The position numbers and the translations under genes are program-made. Positions 35,993-50,066 of a DNA stretch of 64,000 nucleotides are shown here, one piece after another. Below the pieces are notes generated by a model. It had not been told where the DNA came from, did not search any database, and worked only from the letters and a program-made list of their open reading frames with translations. The stretch spans positions 1,302,001 to 1,366,000 of the forward strand of contig NC_043022.1 in NCBI RefSeq assembly GCF_006345805.1, in the 5' to 3' direction. Each line of letters begins with the position of its first letter. The stretch's first letter is position 1. Origin of the DNA: Octopus sinensis. Taxonomy: Eukaryota.

Positions 35993-37318
35993 CGGTTGGG
36001 TATCAAAAGGTTCACAGACTCGTTACATTTAATTAAAAAAAACTTATTTACTTAAGTTTTAACCTTATCTCCTTTGAAATAGTGATCTTGCACAGCAATA
36101 CACTGGTCCCAGTGTTCCTGCAACTCTTGGAATCTGGCCTGGAAGTCGTTTTTTGTGAGGGAGTTAAGGACCTTCTGCAATTCACCCTGGATCTTGACAA
36201 CAGTCTTAAAACAGCAACTTTTGAGCAGCATTTTCATCTTGGGGAAGAGATGGATGCCTGCAGGTGCTAAATCTGGTGAATAGGTCGGGTGCAGAAGTGG
36301 TACCATGTTGTTCTTTGGTGAGGAGAGCTTGGTGACAGGGTGCATTGTGCTCTTGAAGAATCCAATTCTTCATGCTCCACTGATCCGGTTGCTTCCGCTG
36401 AATGTCCTCCCTCAAACACTTCATAATATTATGATGGATGGAAGCACTCCGTCGGTTACGACGACGAGGGTTCCGGTTGATCCGAATCAACAGAACAGCC
36501 TGCTCGTGAAATTAACGTGTAAGTGGCTGAGCACTCCACAGACACGTGCACCCTTAACGTAGTTCTCAGGGATATTCAGCGTGACACAGAATGTGACAAG
36601 GCCGGCCCCTTGAAATACAGGTACAACAGAAACAGGAAGTAAGAGTGAGAGAAAGTTGTGGTGAAAGAGTACAGCAGGGATCACCACCATCCCCTGCCGG
36701 AGCCTCGTGGAGCTTTTAGGTGTTTTCGCTCAATAAACAACCACAACACCCGGTCTGGGAATCGAAACCGCGATCCTATGACCGCGAGTCCGCTGCCCTA
36801 ACCACTGGGCCATTGCGCCTCCTCATAATATTATAATAGAAGTCTCAATCAACAATCTTTCCCTGGAGGACAAGTTCTCAATGCGCAATATCACATTTCT
36901 GGTGGTGACACTTGTGACAGGTCTTCCATATCACCCATTGTCTTCTGCATTGCTCATCGTCTTCCATATCACTCATCTTCTTCCAGAGACATTCTTCCAT
37001 TTTTGAAGTACCCTCACCACTCGAAACATTGCACACGGCCCATTACTTTGTCGCAGTAAGCTTGCTGAAGCGTGACCGATGTCTCTGTAACAGACTTCCC
37101 CAGTTTAACACAAAAAAGTTTCATGTTGGCTCTTTGTCCCTGTCCATGACAAAAATCACAAAAACTCAAATTTCACAACTTACAAAGTAAACACAGCATT
37201 GTCACTTGGCACACTGCCTCATGAAGGTCACCGCTAGCTCCCACTGCACATGCAACCATGTGCTGCCATCTGTTGGTGCACTACAAAATGAGCCCAGGAA
37301 CTTTTTGACACTACCTCA
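35993..37318 (-). mobile_element. decayed mariner element interrupted by a SINE
   Basis: Minus strand WILQEHNAPCH and HPTYSPDLAP...HLFPKMK motifs, with degenerate TIRs (TAC..GGTATCAAAAGGTTC / GGAACTTTTTGACACTACCTCATA). Confidence 0.8.
36433..36822 (-). mobile_element. SINE family C with a 12-bp TSD
   Basis: TCATAATATTAT at 36421-36432 and 36823-36834. Confidence 0.92.
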
Positions 37319-38014
37319 TATATAATACATATATATTATATATAGTACATATATGATACATTTATATATATATATAATAATATATATATATAATGTTACT
37401 GTGTGCTGCCATCTGTTGGCATGCTGCAGAACTAGTCCTGGAACTTTTTGATACCACCTTGTGTGTGTGTGCGTGTTTGTATTTGTAGTTCTCTGAAAAA
37501 TTCACTGAGCTACAGGTGGTGACATTGTGGACATGTTCCCTGTTGAGTAATTGTCTTGGGAACTTTGCACATTGAAAGACTTGTAGAGTGGGAGTTTCTT
37601 TACATGAAAAACTGGTAAGGTTGGTCAATAGGAAGAGCATCTGTCTGTGACTGTAAAGCAATACCTCAGTAATATATTCATCTGGACTCCTTTCTTTACT
37701 ATCTTATTCTGGCAGATCCCCATTAGCCATGTGATGTTTAAAAACCAGTCTTATAGATAATTCTTTCAAAATTCCTATTTTGTTTTTCTCCCATTTACTT
37801 GTGTGGGTTTGCAATAAAACTCGCCGTGAGGACATGTTTTAGTGGCCAGAAAAATGTTAAACTATGTAAAATGTTAGAGAAAGAAATCTTGTTGTTTCTT
37901 ACAATGAATACATCTAAATCAGTGGTTCTCAACCATTGGACCCCTTTCGTTACCATTCTATTCTGGCAGATCTCCAAAGCCATTCAATGTTTAAAAACTA
38001 GCTTTATAGATTCT

Positions 38015-38242
38015 TATTTCTTTATTGCCCACAAGGGGCTAAACATAGAGGAGACAAACAAGGACAGACAAAGGGACTAAGTCGATTACATCGACTCCAG
38101 TGCGTAACTGGTACTTAATTTATCGACCCCGAAAGGATAAAAGGCAAAGTCGACCTCGGCGGAATTTGAACTCAGAACGTAACGGCAGATGAAATACCGG
38201 TAAGCATTTCGTCTGGCTTGCTAACGTTTCTGCCAGCTCGCT
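38015..38242 (-). mobile_element. SINE family B
   Basis: Family match. Confidence 0.9.
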
Positions 38243-38510
38243 CAGTCTTCTAGATTTTTCTTTCAAAATTCCTGTTTTGTTTTCCACCCATTCGTTTGTG
38301 TGGGTTTTGCAATAACACTTGCTGGGAGAACATGTCTCTGTGGTTGGAAACATGTTGAATTATGTAAAACATTAGAGAAAGAAACCTTGTTGATTCTTGC
38401 AATAAATACATCTAAAGTAATGGTTCTCAACCATTTTTTAACCTGTGGATCCCTTTCATTCTTGCAGATTCCCATAGCCATTCAATGTTTAAAAACTTGC
38501 TCCATAGATA

Positions 38511-38888
38511 GGCGCAGGAGTGGCTGTGTGGTAAGTAGCTTGCTAACCAACCACATGGTTCCGGGTTCAGTCCCACTGCGTGGCACCTTGGGCAAGTGTC
38601 TTCTGCTATAGCCCCAGGCCGACCAACTGAAAGAAGCCCGTCATATATATGTATATATATATGTGTGTGTGTGTATGTTTGTGTGTCTGTGTTTGTCCTC
38701 CTAGCATTGCTTGACAACCGATGCTGGTGTGTTTATGTCCCCGTTACCTAGTGGTTCGGCAAAAGAGACCAATAGAATAAGTACTGGGCTTACAAAAGAA
38801 TAAGTCCTGGGGTCGAGTTGCTCGATTAAAGGCGGTGCTCCAGCATGGCCGCAGTCAAATGACTGAAACAAGTAAAAGAGTAAAAGAG
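38511..38888 (+). mobile_element. SINE family A with a short internal deletion
   Basis: Family match; part of the central domain is missing after GGCCGACC. Confidence 0.9.
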
Positions 38889-39619
38889 ATACTTCTTGCA
38901 AAATTCCTATTTTGTTCATCACACATTCACTTGTGTAGGTTGAACTCTGTAAAACAGAGAAAGAAATCTAGCTGTTTTTTGCATTAACTACATCATCATC
39001 ATCATCATCATCATCATCAATATATAATGTCTGTTTTCCATGCTGGCATGTGTTGGATGGATTGACAGGAACTGGTTAAGTAGGGGCCACACCTGGTTCC
39101 CCTTGTTTGTTTTGGCCTTGTTTCTACAGTTGGATGCCCTTCCTAATGCTAACCACTTTATAGAGCGTATTGGGTGGTCTTTTAAGTAACACCTTGGTTT
39201 TAGGATCTCAGTTCTGTAGTGGTGGGCAGGTCTTCTCAAGTACAGCAATGCACCACATATCTTGATCCTCTTTTATTCCCTTCATAATGTTCAGCGTTTT
39301 GAGGTTGGCCTTTAAAACTTCGGCCCAGGTCTTCCTGGGTCTCCCTCCACATCTATAGCAAAATGTTTTCATTGACCCTTAAAATAATACTGTGGACCCA
39401 ATTTTCTATTTTGCATAGTAAACTTTATTGGGTCGTATGGACCCTGGTTAAGTACCACTGATCTAAACTATGCTTGCATGAATAAAGAACACAAGTGAAT
39501 GAATAAGCTGCTATTTCTAGCTGGTCAAGTGACATTTGTCTTTGAACTCCATTTTACTCATCACCATCTTTACAATTATAAGAAAGATCATTAAAGATAA
39601 TCCTTTAATCTCTTAATTC

Positions 39620-40200
39620 GCCTTTCTATTCCAAGGTAGAGGCAGATCCAGGAAGACGTGGGGCAAAGTGGTGAAGCATGATCTTTGAACTTTGAGCCTC
39701 ACAGAGGCAATGACTAGTGACCGAGACCTTTGGCGATGTGATGTACTTGAGGGGACCTGTCAAGCCAGGTGCACCCATGCTGGTGGCACATAAAGGACAC
39801 CTTTCAAGTATTGGGCCTGACGGAGGCAAAGTGGTTGAGTTTCTTTTGAGTGTTGGGCCTCGTGGAGGCCGTGACCGAGACCTTTGGCATTATGTCGTGC
39901 TTGAGAAGATGACTCATCAAGCTGAGCAAAATAGCAGACATGGCAGATACCGGTGTCACGCAAATTGGCACCTGTGTCGGTAGCATGTAAAAGCACCTCA
40001 GTGCCATGCAAATGGCACCCATGCCGGTGGAATGTAAAAGCACCCATTACACTCTTGGAGTGGTTGACGTTAGGAAGGGCATCCAGCTGTAGAAAACCAT
40101 GCCAAATCAGACTGGAGTCTGGTGCAGCCTTCCAGCGTGCCAGTCCGGTCAAACTGTCCAACCCATGCCAGCATGGACAATGGACATTAAGTAATGATGA
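39620..40200 (+). mobile_element. RTE 3' UTR fragment
   Basis: Ends GTTAGGAAGGGCATCCAGCTGTAGAAA...CCAACCCATGCCAGCATGG. Confidence 0.75.
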
Positions 40201-40395
40201 TTCTATTGCTTCTAATTTGTGTAATGCTAAATTTCCTTACGTCTTTAGTGTTGGCCATAATCTGGTTGTCTCCCAGAGGTCACACTTTTTTCTCAACTAT
40301 TGCTCAATGTAAACATATCCTTCGTACTTGTTTAGGTTCTTCAAAGATCTTTTGGTTGTTTGCCTTTATTGGAGTTTTTGTTTAGTGTCCCTTAA

Positions 40396-40616
40396 CCCTT
40401 TAGTGTTTGCATTATTCTGCCAAAATTAATGCTTTTTTATCCACATTGTTTTGAACTAATCATGCATTATCTTGTAGCTATGAGATTTTGATGAGGTGGC
40501 TGTTAATTTTTTAAAAGATATTGTAGGGTTGGTGTGAGAGACCAGATATGGCTAATTTGAACATAGAACAGGCAGAATACTTTTGGCCGGATATGGCCGG
40601 TTTAATTGCTAAAGGG
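40396..40616. mobile_element. piggyBac-like MITE (family P1)
   Basis: TTAA|CCCTTTAG...CTAAAGGG|TTAA. A related reverse copy lies at 47705-47925. Confidence 0.75.
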
Positions 40617-40769
40617 TTAATTCTGTATTTCTGTTACTTATACCATTTCCTTCCTCATTTATATACAAGGGTTGCTCCCATCGGTTTCAACATATGAGTG
40701 TTTGAAGGAGAGGACTTAAAGAGAGATGCAAATTGCACTTGCATTATAACAACATTCTTAAGTATTTTG

Positions 40770-41165
40770 GATGTGTGGTAAGAAGCTTGTTTCCCCACCA
40801 CATGGTTCCGGGTTCAGTCCCACTGTGTGACACCTTGAGCAAGTATCTTCTACTATAGCCTTGGGTCAACCAAAGCCTTGGGAGTGGATTTGGTAAATGG
40901 AAACTGAAAGAAGCCTGTCATATATATATCTATCTGTGTGTGTGTCTTAGTGTGTGTGTTTGTTTCCCGATCCCAACTTGAGAACTGATGTTTGTTTGCT
41001 TATGTCCCCATAACTTCGCAGTAAGCAGAAAAGACTGATAGAATAAGTACTAGGCTTAAAAAATAAATAAAAGTCCTGGGGTTCATTAGTTCGATTAAAA
41101 CCCTTCAGGGCCGTACTCCAACATGGCCGCAGTCAAATGACTGAATCAATCAAAAGAATAAAAGA
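40770..41165 (+). mobile_element. SINE family A (degenerate)
   Basis: Family match. Confidence 0.75.
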
Positions 41166-41464
41166 ATTCTTCAAATTTTAGAAAAAAAGAACAAAAGCAA
41201 AACTGAATTTAAAAAAAAAAAACTTCTGTTGTTAGTTTTAAATTTTGCATGTCATTCTGTTATCAGTCAGAAAGCAAAACCTGATAAAGGAATTGTTTTA
41301 CAGCTGGATGCTCTTCCTGTCACTAATACTGATCTGTTTTTTCAAGTAAGGCGTCTCTTATATCACATGTCTTTGAAGGCACAAAGCCAGAGGACAATTC
41401 ATTGACAGGTGTAATGACAACAATGTCACCGCTTGTAGATCAGTGATTTTCAAAGAAGTACATA

Positions 41465-41844
41465 CACTTGCATCAGAAATTAATTAGCACTTCTCAAATT
41501 TCTACATTAAATAGGTTAAATCAATTAACCTATGAACTGTCCAAAACGTCTTACGCGATGAGAAAACTTAGTATGGTGTGATTTCGGTCCTTGCGAGGCG
41601 CTACCTATATCTATTAAACAAAGGAAGATTTGTCTGCATCCGCACTCCAAGTTGTTGTTGCACTGCTATGTCAACATCATAAGGCTGTAGACTCTCAAAC
41701 TGCTCTGCAAACAAAGTTACGTCATCGTTCTGCGCAACAGTGAACTCGCAACAAAGCAATAGTTCGAGATATGGCCACTAGGTGACAGCGCATACCTTGA
41801 GTGAAGAGCAAATCAAGGGTGCTAATTAATTTCTGACGGTAGTG
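41465..41844 (-). mobile_element. 380-bp internally deleted derivative of the Tc1 element at 26920
   Basis: TA-flanked with both TIRs: ~44 bp of the right end fused to ~330 bp of the left end. Confidence 0.92.
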
Positions 41845-42366
41845 TATATCAGCACACACATATCCACACTTTAATCGTTTAGCATTGAGATTATTCTATC
41901 AAATGTAATGCTTATTCATTCACGATGATTTGAATTAGGTTGCGCAATTACCCACATGTACAATACATGCACATACCTTTGTGTCTCCATGTTGAAGCAT
42001 GTATTAACCCCCCCAAAAAAAACCCAAAACCATGTTAAAATAACATTACTACCATTCCCTCTCCCTCCATCTCTCAATTTTCCTTTCTTCCCTCCAAGTC
42101 TGTCAACAAATTTTCTTCGACATTTTCCAACCATTATTACCAAATTTCCATGACATTTCTTGAATTTGTTTTTATTCTTACCATTTTTTTTTAATTTCTC
42201 ATCTTCATTTTCTGTCAATTATTTTCTTTTACATTTCTCTCCTCACCTTCCTTCTCTTTCTCTTTTATTTCCCCCCCTCTTTTCTTTGGGTTTGCTAACC
42301 TTATTTTCGGGTTTAGATTCCCTACTGTCTAACCTTAATTTCAATTGTAATCTTATTATTGATTAA

Positions 42367-42586
42367 CCCTTTCGTTACTGTATTTATTTTGAGATGCTCT
42401 GTGTTTCTTTCAATTACTTTAGATATAACGAAGAATTTAGTAAAATAACTTAGTTATCATTCAGCTAGTGTTAGGAACATAAATTGTGACTAAGGTATGG
42501 TGTAAGATTTTATTTCAAAACTTATGAAAACAAGACATTTGTACTCAGAGCCAGAGCTGGTTTCAGCCGGGTTGGTAGCGAAAGGG
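42367..42586. mobile_element. piggyBac-like MITE (family P2)
   Basis: TTAA|CCCTTTCG...CGAAAGGG|TTAA. Related copies lie at ~23180-23390, 46563-46710, 62364-62573 and 62659-62880. Confidence 0.8.
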
Positions 42587-43056
42587 TTAATGAAGGATTA
42601 ATTGTTAGAGGTCAAACCAAAAGCTGTCTTTAACGATGTAGCTTAGCATTTCCTAACTTTTTTACTCTTGGAGTGCAGGAACCCTTGATATATATTCCAT
42701 GTTTTGGGAAACCCCTAAATAAAAACTGTAACGGTAATACTTTCCTTTTGCCTTTGGCTGTCTGATTGTTTGCTTTTCAACCATGGGGTTTCAAGTTCAG
42801 TCCCACAGCATGGCACACTAGGCAAATGGCTTCTACTATAGCCCCAGGTTGATCATTGTGTTGAGTGGATTTGGTAGAAGGAAACTGAAAGAAGCCCATT
42901 GTGCATGTGCGTTTGTGTTACTCTCTCCTTGTCTTGACATTGTTTAATAGTTGTAAATAAGTGTCAGCACAGCCTTCCAGCATGCCAGCCCAGTCACACC
43001 ATCCGACCCATGCCAGCATGGACAACGGACGTTAAATGATGATGATGTCCTTCACT

Positions 43057-43240
43057 TCTAATCTATTATATAAAATCCGTTCTGTCTGTCTGTGTGTGTG
43101 TCTTCTAGGATCTCGGGCATCCTCCATCCGATTGTGTTCAAATTTGATATGTAGATACCAATGGTATCAGGGTGTGTATAAATCTTGAAAAAATTACAAA
43201 AATCGATTCCAGGTGAGAATGCGATTGATAAAGCCGTGGT
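43057..43240 (+). mobile_element. Helitron-like 5' fragment
   Basis: TC start, ATCTATTATATAAAA, then a (TCTG)n tract, as typical of non-autonomous Helitron 5' ends. Confidence 0.45.
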
Positions 43241-44615
43241 CTTTGGAATAGAAAAAAATGTCTGTCTTTAGTTTTTCTTTTGCTGGTGTCTCAAATTTAG
43301 GTTAAATCAGTGTTTCTCAAAGGGGAGGCTTATGGGATGGTCGGACAAGTTGTTTTGAGAAAATTTGGTTTAAATGTTTGACAACTCAGTACCGTCCATT
43401 GGATGGGGGGCGTTTTGCTTGTCTTCCATAGAAACGTGTCCAGCCTGGGGGAAATGTTACCCTCCTTGAAAACTGATGAGTGTTGATGAGAGAGGGCATC
43501 CAGCATAGAAAATTTATCTTGTCTACATGAATTCCATCCAACTCCTGCAAGTATGGGGAAAAGGACATTAAAATATCATGCTGATATCTCTGGATCTGTA
43601 TTATTCCCTGCATCATTTCCTGTGCAATATGAGGTAGATTTGGTTGCTGTTTGTAGCAGACAAAGAGACCATGTAGAGCAGTAGTTCTGAAGTGGGGCCC
43701 ATGCTAGCTGAACTGTTAATTGGGGATTCATAATTATATTTTACAGGTCCATGAAAAAATTTTATTGGGATGTATTTATCGCAAAAAACAACAACAACTA
43801 GGTTCTTTCTCTAACTTTTTACAAAGTTCAAACTACACAAGTTAATGTGTAATGGGGGTCCACCAGAATAAAATAGTAATCAAAGGGGTCCATAGATAAA
43901 AAAAATGGTTGAGAACCTGAAGAAATTTTGTTTTAAATGTATGTATTGAGAGAAACAGCTGGGTTCCTTTCTCTACCATTTTACATAGATTCAACCTACA
44001 CAAGTTCATGTATGAAAAACAAAATAGGAATTTTGAAAGAAATTTCTATAAAACTAGTTTTTTTAAACATTGGCTATGGGGGTCCATTAGAAGAAATTAG
44101 AAATGAAAGGAGTCCATAGGGGAAAAAAATGGTTGAGAACAACTGACGTAGAGGCTGGGTTGTTAGCTTGTATTAGAAGCAGTAAATTAAGTTCCTGTCA
44201 GATCATGGCTGGTGTTCACAGCTCTCAGCCGTCTGACATGTTCACTGTGTACTAAGACTGCACTGTAACAGCTTAAGAAAACATGAAGTTTACTACCTGG
44301 AACACTTCTTAGGTTTTAATTAATTCCAGGTATTGCTTTCATATAGTCACGACTGGTTGTGTTGCTTTTGGCCACAGATCCACCCAGGGTAATGCTTTTA
44401 TGGAGGTGGCTCAATTGAATCTTCCGTAAAAAAAAACTCTCTTTAGGCTTGGGGTCCCTGGGTGGTGGTGAGCAAAACCCAAGGGCACACACTTTAATTA
44501 TAGCCCCTAGATGGTCTTCTTCATCTGTGCATGTAAATCCAGTTGTGAATCCGGGGCATCCAGTTGTGAAGTCATGCCAAAACTATCCTGGCCTGTGCTA
44601 GTGCCACGTAAGAGT

Positions 44616-45002
44616 GGAGGCGCAATGGCCCAGTGGTTAGGGCAGCGGACTCGCGGTCATAGGATCGCGGTTTCGATTCCCAGACCGGGCGTTGTGAGTG
44701 TTTATTGAGCGAAAACACCTAAAAGCTCCACGAGGCTCCGGCAGGGGATGGTGGTGATCCTTGCTGTACTCTTTCACCACAACTTTCTCTCACTCTTACT
44801 TCCTGTTTCTGTTGTACCTGTATTTCAAGGGGCCGGCCTTGTCACTCTCTGTGTCATGCTGAATATCCCCGAGAATTACGTTAAGGGTGCACGTGTCTGT
44901 GGAGTGCTCAGCCACTTACACATTAATTTCACGAGCAGGCTGTTCCGTTGATTCGGATCAACCGCAACCCTCATCGTCGTAACCGACGGAGTGCTTCCAT
45001 CC
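44616..45002 (+). mobile_element. SINE family C inserted into an RTE tail
   Basis: AGTGCCACGTAA is duplicated at ~44600 and ~45003; the RTE tail resumes afterwards. Confidence 0.85.
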
Positions 45003-45696
45003 AGTGCCACGTAAAAAGCACTGAGTCCACTCTGCCGAGTGGTTGGTGTTAGGAAGGGTATACACCTGTATAAACCCTGCCAAAACAGACACAGTAGCCT
45101 AGGGTAGTTTTCTACCTGGCCACCCATACTTGCTGGAAGATGGATGTTAAAGGATGGTGATGACGATGAAAGCAGAAATTTTAAATAAATTTAAATGAAG
45201 GATTCCAATTCTTTGAAAGCGTTGGTTAGAACAATGTGAATCCTTGTAGAGGTGTGTGGCTTTGTGGTTAGTGTGTTTGACTAATGAGTGTAAGATTGTG
45301 GGTTTGGTTCCTGGATTGGGCAGTGCATTGTTTTCTTGAGCAAAACACTTCATTTCACGTTGGTCCAGTCCACTCAGCTGGCAAAAATGAGAAATCCTGT
45401 GAAGGACTGGAATTCCATCCAGGTGGGGAATTTATACGCCATGAAACCAGGAAACCAGCCCTTGTGAGTCAACATGACTCAAGAAAGTAATCTTATCTTT
45501 CACTGTACCTAATGTGAATCCTTCATTTAATCCTTTAAACTGCGGAATTAAATTTCCTGGTCATTCCAGTAATGAGGTTAAATATCTGACCAAAAAATAG
45601 AATTGGTGTAGATCTTGCAAGTCATGTTGCCTCAAAAACTTGTCATATCTCGACAAGAAATAATTTCAAACATGATATTCCTCAACAAAGGATCAT

Positions 45697-46020
45697 CATC
45701 ATCATCATCGTTTAACGTCCGCTTTCCATGCTGGCATGGGTTGGACGGTTTGACTGAGGACTGGCGAGCCACATGGCTGCACCAGGCTCCAATCTGACTT
45801 GGCAGAGATTCTACAGCTGAATGCCCTTCCTAACGCCAACCATTCCGAGAGTGTAGTGGGTGCTTTTACGTGCCACTGGCACAAGAGCCAGTCCGACAGT
45901 ACTGGCGATGGCCATGCTCAAATGGTGCCTTTTATGTGCCACCTGCACAGGAGCCAGTCCAGTGGCACTGGCAACGACCTCGCTTGAATGTTGTTTTTCG
46001 CATGTCACCGGCACAAGTGC
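45697..46020 (-). mobile_element. RTE 3' UTR fragment
   Basis: (CAT)n CGTTTAACGTCCGCTTTCCATGC... tail with VNTR units. Confidence 0.8.
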
Positions 46021-46193
46021 CAACTGCCTTCTGTAGTAAAAGGGTAATGACATTTTGAATGGATATATCTGAGTTCCCCAGTAAAAAAGTTAATATACCA
46101 ATATATATTTGGTTTTTGTCATGTTCCCAACACCATCTAAAATATATGAATATATATTTCTTTTATGGTGCTGTAAGCATTCTTTAAAAATAA

Positions 46194-46425
46194 GGCGGCG
46201 AGCTGGCAGAATCGTTTGCACACCGGGTGAAATGCTTAGCGGTATTTCATCCGTCTTTACATTCTGAGTTCAAATTCCACCGAGGTCGACTTTACCTTTC
46301 ATCCTTCTGGGGTCAATGAACTAAGTACCAGTTATGCACTGGGGTCGATGAAATCGACTTGATCTCTTTGTCTGTCCTTGTTTGTCTTCTCTATGTTTAG
46401 CCCCCTGTGGGCAATAAAGAAATAG
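46194..46425 (+). mobile_element. SINE family B
   Basis: Family match. Confidence 0.88.
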
Positions 46426-46992
46426 ATATTTCTTTTATAATATTATGTTCCACATACTACCTTAATATACCAATATATTTTTGTCTTTTGCTATTTTCTA
46501 AACATCATTTTAACCCTTTAATTGTGAAATTAAATTTCATGCTTATTTCAGTAATGATGTTAACCCTTTCGTTACCATATTCCTGTTGAGATGCTCTGTG
46601 TTTCTTTCAATTCATTTTAAATATAACAAAGAATTTAGTAAAATAACTTAGTTATCATTTGTACTACAGAGCCAGAGGCAGTTTTGGCTGGGTTGATAAC
46701 GAAAGGATTAAATATCTGCCAAAAACTATATTTGGCATTTTCTGCAAGTCACGTTGTTTCAATAAACTTGACATTTTCTCAACAGAAAATAATTTCAAAC
46801 TTAATATTTCTCAGCAAAACCTAGATTGGTATATAAAGCTGCTTTCCACTGTTGAAGGATAATGTAATTTGGAGCAGATATATCTGATTTCTGCAGTAAA
46901 AAGAGTTAATATACCAATATATATTTGTCTGTTGTGATATTATGTTGTAAATACCATCTTAATATCTCAATATATTTTTGTCTTTTGTCGAC

Positions 46993-47363
46993 TGGCTTCT
47001 GTGCCGGTGGCACATAAAAACCACCATCCGAACGTGGCCGATGCCAGCGCTGCCTCGACTAGCTCCAGTGCCGGTGGCACATAAAAAGCACCATCCGAAC
47101 GTGGCCGATGCCAGCGCCGCCTTGGCTGGCTTCCGTGCCGGTGGCACATTAAAAGCACCAACCGATCATGTGCAGGTGGCACGTAAAAAGCACCCACTAC
47201 ACTCGTGGAGTGGTTGGCGTTAGGAAGGGCATCCATCTATAGAAACACTGCCAGATCAGACTGGAGCCTGGTGCAGCCCCTGGCTTCCCAGACCCCGGTC
47301 GAACCGTCCAACCCGTGCTAGCGCGGAAAACGGACGTTAAACAATGATGATGATGATGATGAT
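46993..47363 (+). mobile_element. RTE 3' UTR fragment with ~60-bp VNTR units and a (GAT)n tail
   Basis: Family match to the 11447 tail. Confidence 0.88.
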
Positions 47364-47704
47364 GTTATGTTCCAAACATCATTTTAACCTGTTAACACCA
47401 AAATTAAATTTCATGGTTATTCCAGTGATGATATTAAATATCTGCCAAAAAGATAGAATTTTTTTAATTCTGCACGTCCTGTTGCCTCCATAAACTTCAC
47501 ATATCTCAATAAAATTGTTTCAAACATGACATTCCTTAATAAAAGATAGGTTGCTATATAAAACAGATTTATGTAATTAAGGATAATGTAATTTTGAGTG
47601 GTTATATCTGATTTCCACTTTAAAAAGGTTAAAAGTATTCCAGCCATGACCATCCTGTTTTTTTAAGGGCTATATTGGGGTACATTATCCAATGGCTCCT
47701 TTAA

Positions 47705-47925
47705 CCCTTCAGTATTCAAACCGGCCGTATCTGACCGAAATAGTCTACATGTTCTATGTTCAAACCAACCAGATCCTGCCTCTTACACCTTCCTTACAAT
47801 GTCCTTCCAAAAATAAGCAATCACTTTATGAAAATCTCAAAGTTACGAGACAATTCATGATTTAATTGAAAACAACGTGAATAAATAAGCGTTACATTCG
47901 ACAGAATAATCTGAATGCAAAAGGG
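47705..47925. mobile_element. piggyBac-like MITE (family P1)
   Basis: TTAA|CCCTT...AAGGG|TTAA. Confidence 0.7.
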
Positions 47926-49026
47926 TTAAGTTGGTAGGATATTGATTTGAGGGAGATTTGGTTGTTATTTCTAGCAAGTCTAGTGATTCATGTTTCATGT
48001 CATCATGTGGGACAACCTTCGTATCTGTGGCTTTTCCTATTGCAAAAGGATTTTTTCACTCAATATTTCCATACTATTATTTGTAGCTTTATGTTAAGGC
48101 AGAATTGTTAGCACGCGGGACAAAATGCCTAGTGGTATTTTTTGCCTTTCGTCAACTTTGCTTTCGTCCTTCCAGGGTTTCTAAAATCAGTCCCTTGTTG
48201 GATACTTGGGTTGATTTCATCAACTAGCTACCTCCCCCAAAATTGCTGGCCCTGTGCCAAAAATTGAAATCATTCATGTGGCGAGCTGGCAGAGTTGTTA
48301 GTACACTGGAAAAAATGCCAAATGCATTTTTGCATTTTGTCCTTTCGGTGTTGCTAAAATAAGTACTTACTGAACGTTGGGGTCAATTTAGTCAACTAAC
48401 TACCTCCCCCAAGTTTGCTGGCCTTGTGCCAAAATTCGAAACCGTTAATGTGGTAAGCTTGCAGAATTGTTGGCATGCTTGGCGGCATTTTTCACTGAGG
48501 TCGACATTGCTTTTTGTTCTTTCAGGGTCACTGTAATAAGCACTTGTTGAATACTGGGGTTGATTTAATCAACCAGGCTCCTTCCTTGCAAATTTCAAGC
48601 CTTCTGCATACAGCAGAAAGGATTATTCTTTTTTTTCTTTTACTCGGTTCAGTCATTTGACTGGGACCAAGCTGGAGCACTGCCTCGAAGGGTCTTAGCC
48701 AAACAAATCGACTCCGGGACTTTTCTAAGCCTAGTACTTATTCTACCGGTCTCGTTTTGGCCGAACCACTGAGTTACAGAGATGTAAACACACCAACACC
48801 AGTTGTCAAGGGGTGATGAGGGAGGGGACAGACGGACACAAAGATACACACAATTATACACATACACACACACACACACAGACACACACACAGACACGAT
48901 GGGGTAGTTTTAAGTACTTCAAATTCTGCAGTTAAATGTGAATAAAAATAGTATTAGCACAAGTTTTTTTTTTCTATTTGTAACTGATTAAATTACCACA
49001 GAAATATATATATAGAAATATATATA

Positions 49027-49415
49027 TCTTCTTTATATATAAAAGAGAGGTTGTGTGTCTGTCTCCTACGATTTAGATTCCTAACTACTCCCACATTTTG
49101 CGGTGCAGTTTAACCAAAAGCGGGTATCTTATAGTCGTGATTCATATCGAGCCCTTCTGGGTATTAGCGCGCATCTACGATGAGTCTACGATTTAAAAAA
49201 AAAATTACCATTATTTTTTTCCATTTTAATGCATTTTTTCGCTATTATATAAGGGAAGTAACTCTCTAAAAATGTCTCCGATGAGTCAACGATTTAAAAA
49301 AAAATTTACCATAATTTTTTTTCCATTTTTAATGCATTTTTTTCGCTATTTTTTGGCTATAACTCTCTAAAAATGCTTATATACAAACCCGAGCAACGCC
49401 GGGCGATACTGCTAG
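49027..49415 (+). mobile_element. non-autonomous Helitron (~390 bp)
   Basis: 5' TC after A, 3' hairpin CCCGAGCAACGCCGGG and terminal CTAG, with an internal ~100-bp duplication. The 3' flank is C rather than the canonical T. Confidence 0.72.
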
Positions 49416-49420
49416 CAGGA

Positions 49421-49455
<35 letters not shown>

Positions 49456-49945
49456 GTGAAACCCATAGAATTTAAAAGAAATTGAGATAAAGCCACTTTT
49501 GCTGTCCATAAACAGTTGCCACAGCCACATTAAATAACTTCGCTGCCCCTGTGACTGTGTCTACTGTGTCAGGAAGTTTAAAGTTCACCGTCAGTTTTTA
49601 ACAGAAATACTTTTACCCATTTCCCTTCCACCCCCCTCTGCTTCTGTAGCCATTTGCTGCCTTCTGTCAGTCTGTGTACGAAATCTGAATTGCTTGGCAC
49701 TGAAAGTGTTTCAGATTTCAGCTTTTTTATTATTTCTTTTTTTCAGATTTTGGAACGAACAATTGTACATTTGCATCTATAAAACTGGGACAGCCTTGAG
49801 ATGTGACCCAAGTTAACTGTTTGTTTTCTAGTTGAGCTTGTACTTAGGCACCCATGGTTGTGGGTTCAGTCCTACTTCATGGCACCTCAGGCAAATGTTT
49901 TCAACTACAGCCCCCAGATTGATCAGATTTGGTAGATGAGCCTGT

Positions 49946-49996
<51 letters not shown>

Positions 49997-50066
49997 GTGT
50001 ATCTGTGTTTGTCCCCCACCATCGCTTGACAACCGATGTTGGTGTGCTTATGTACCTGCAACTTAA

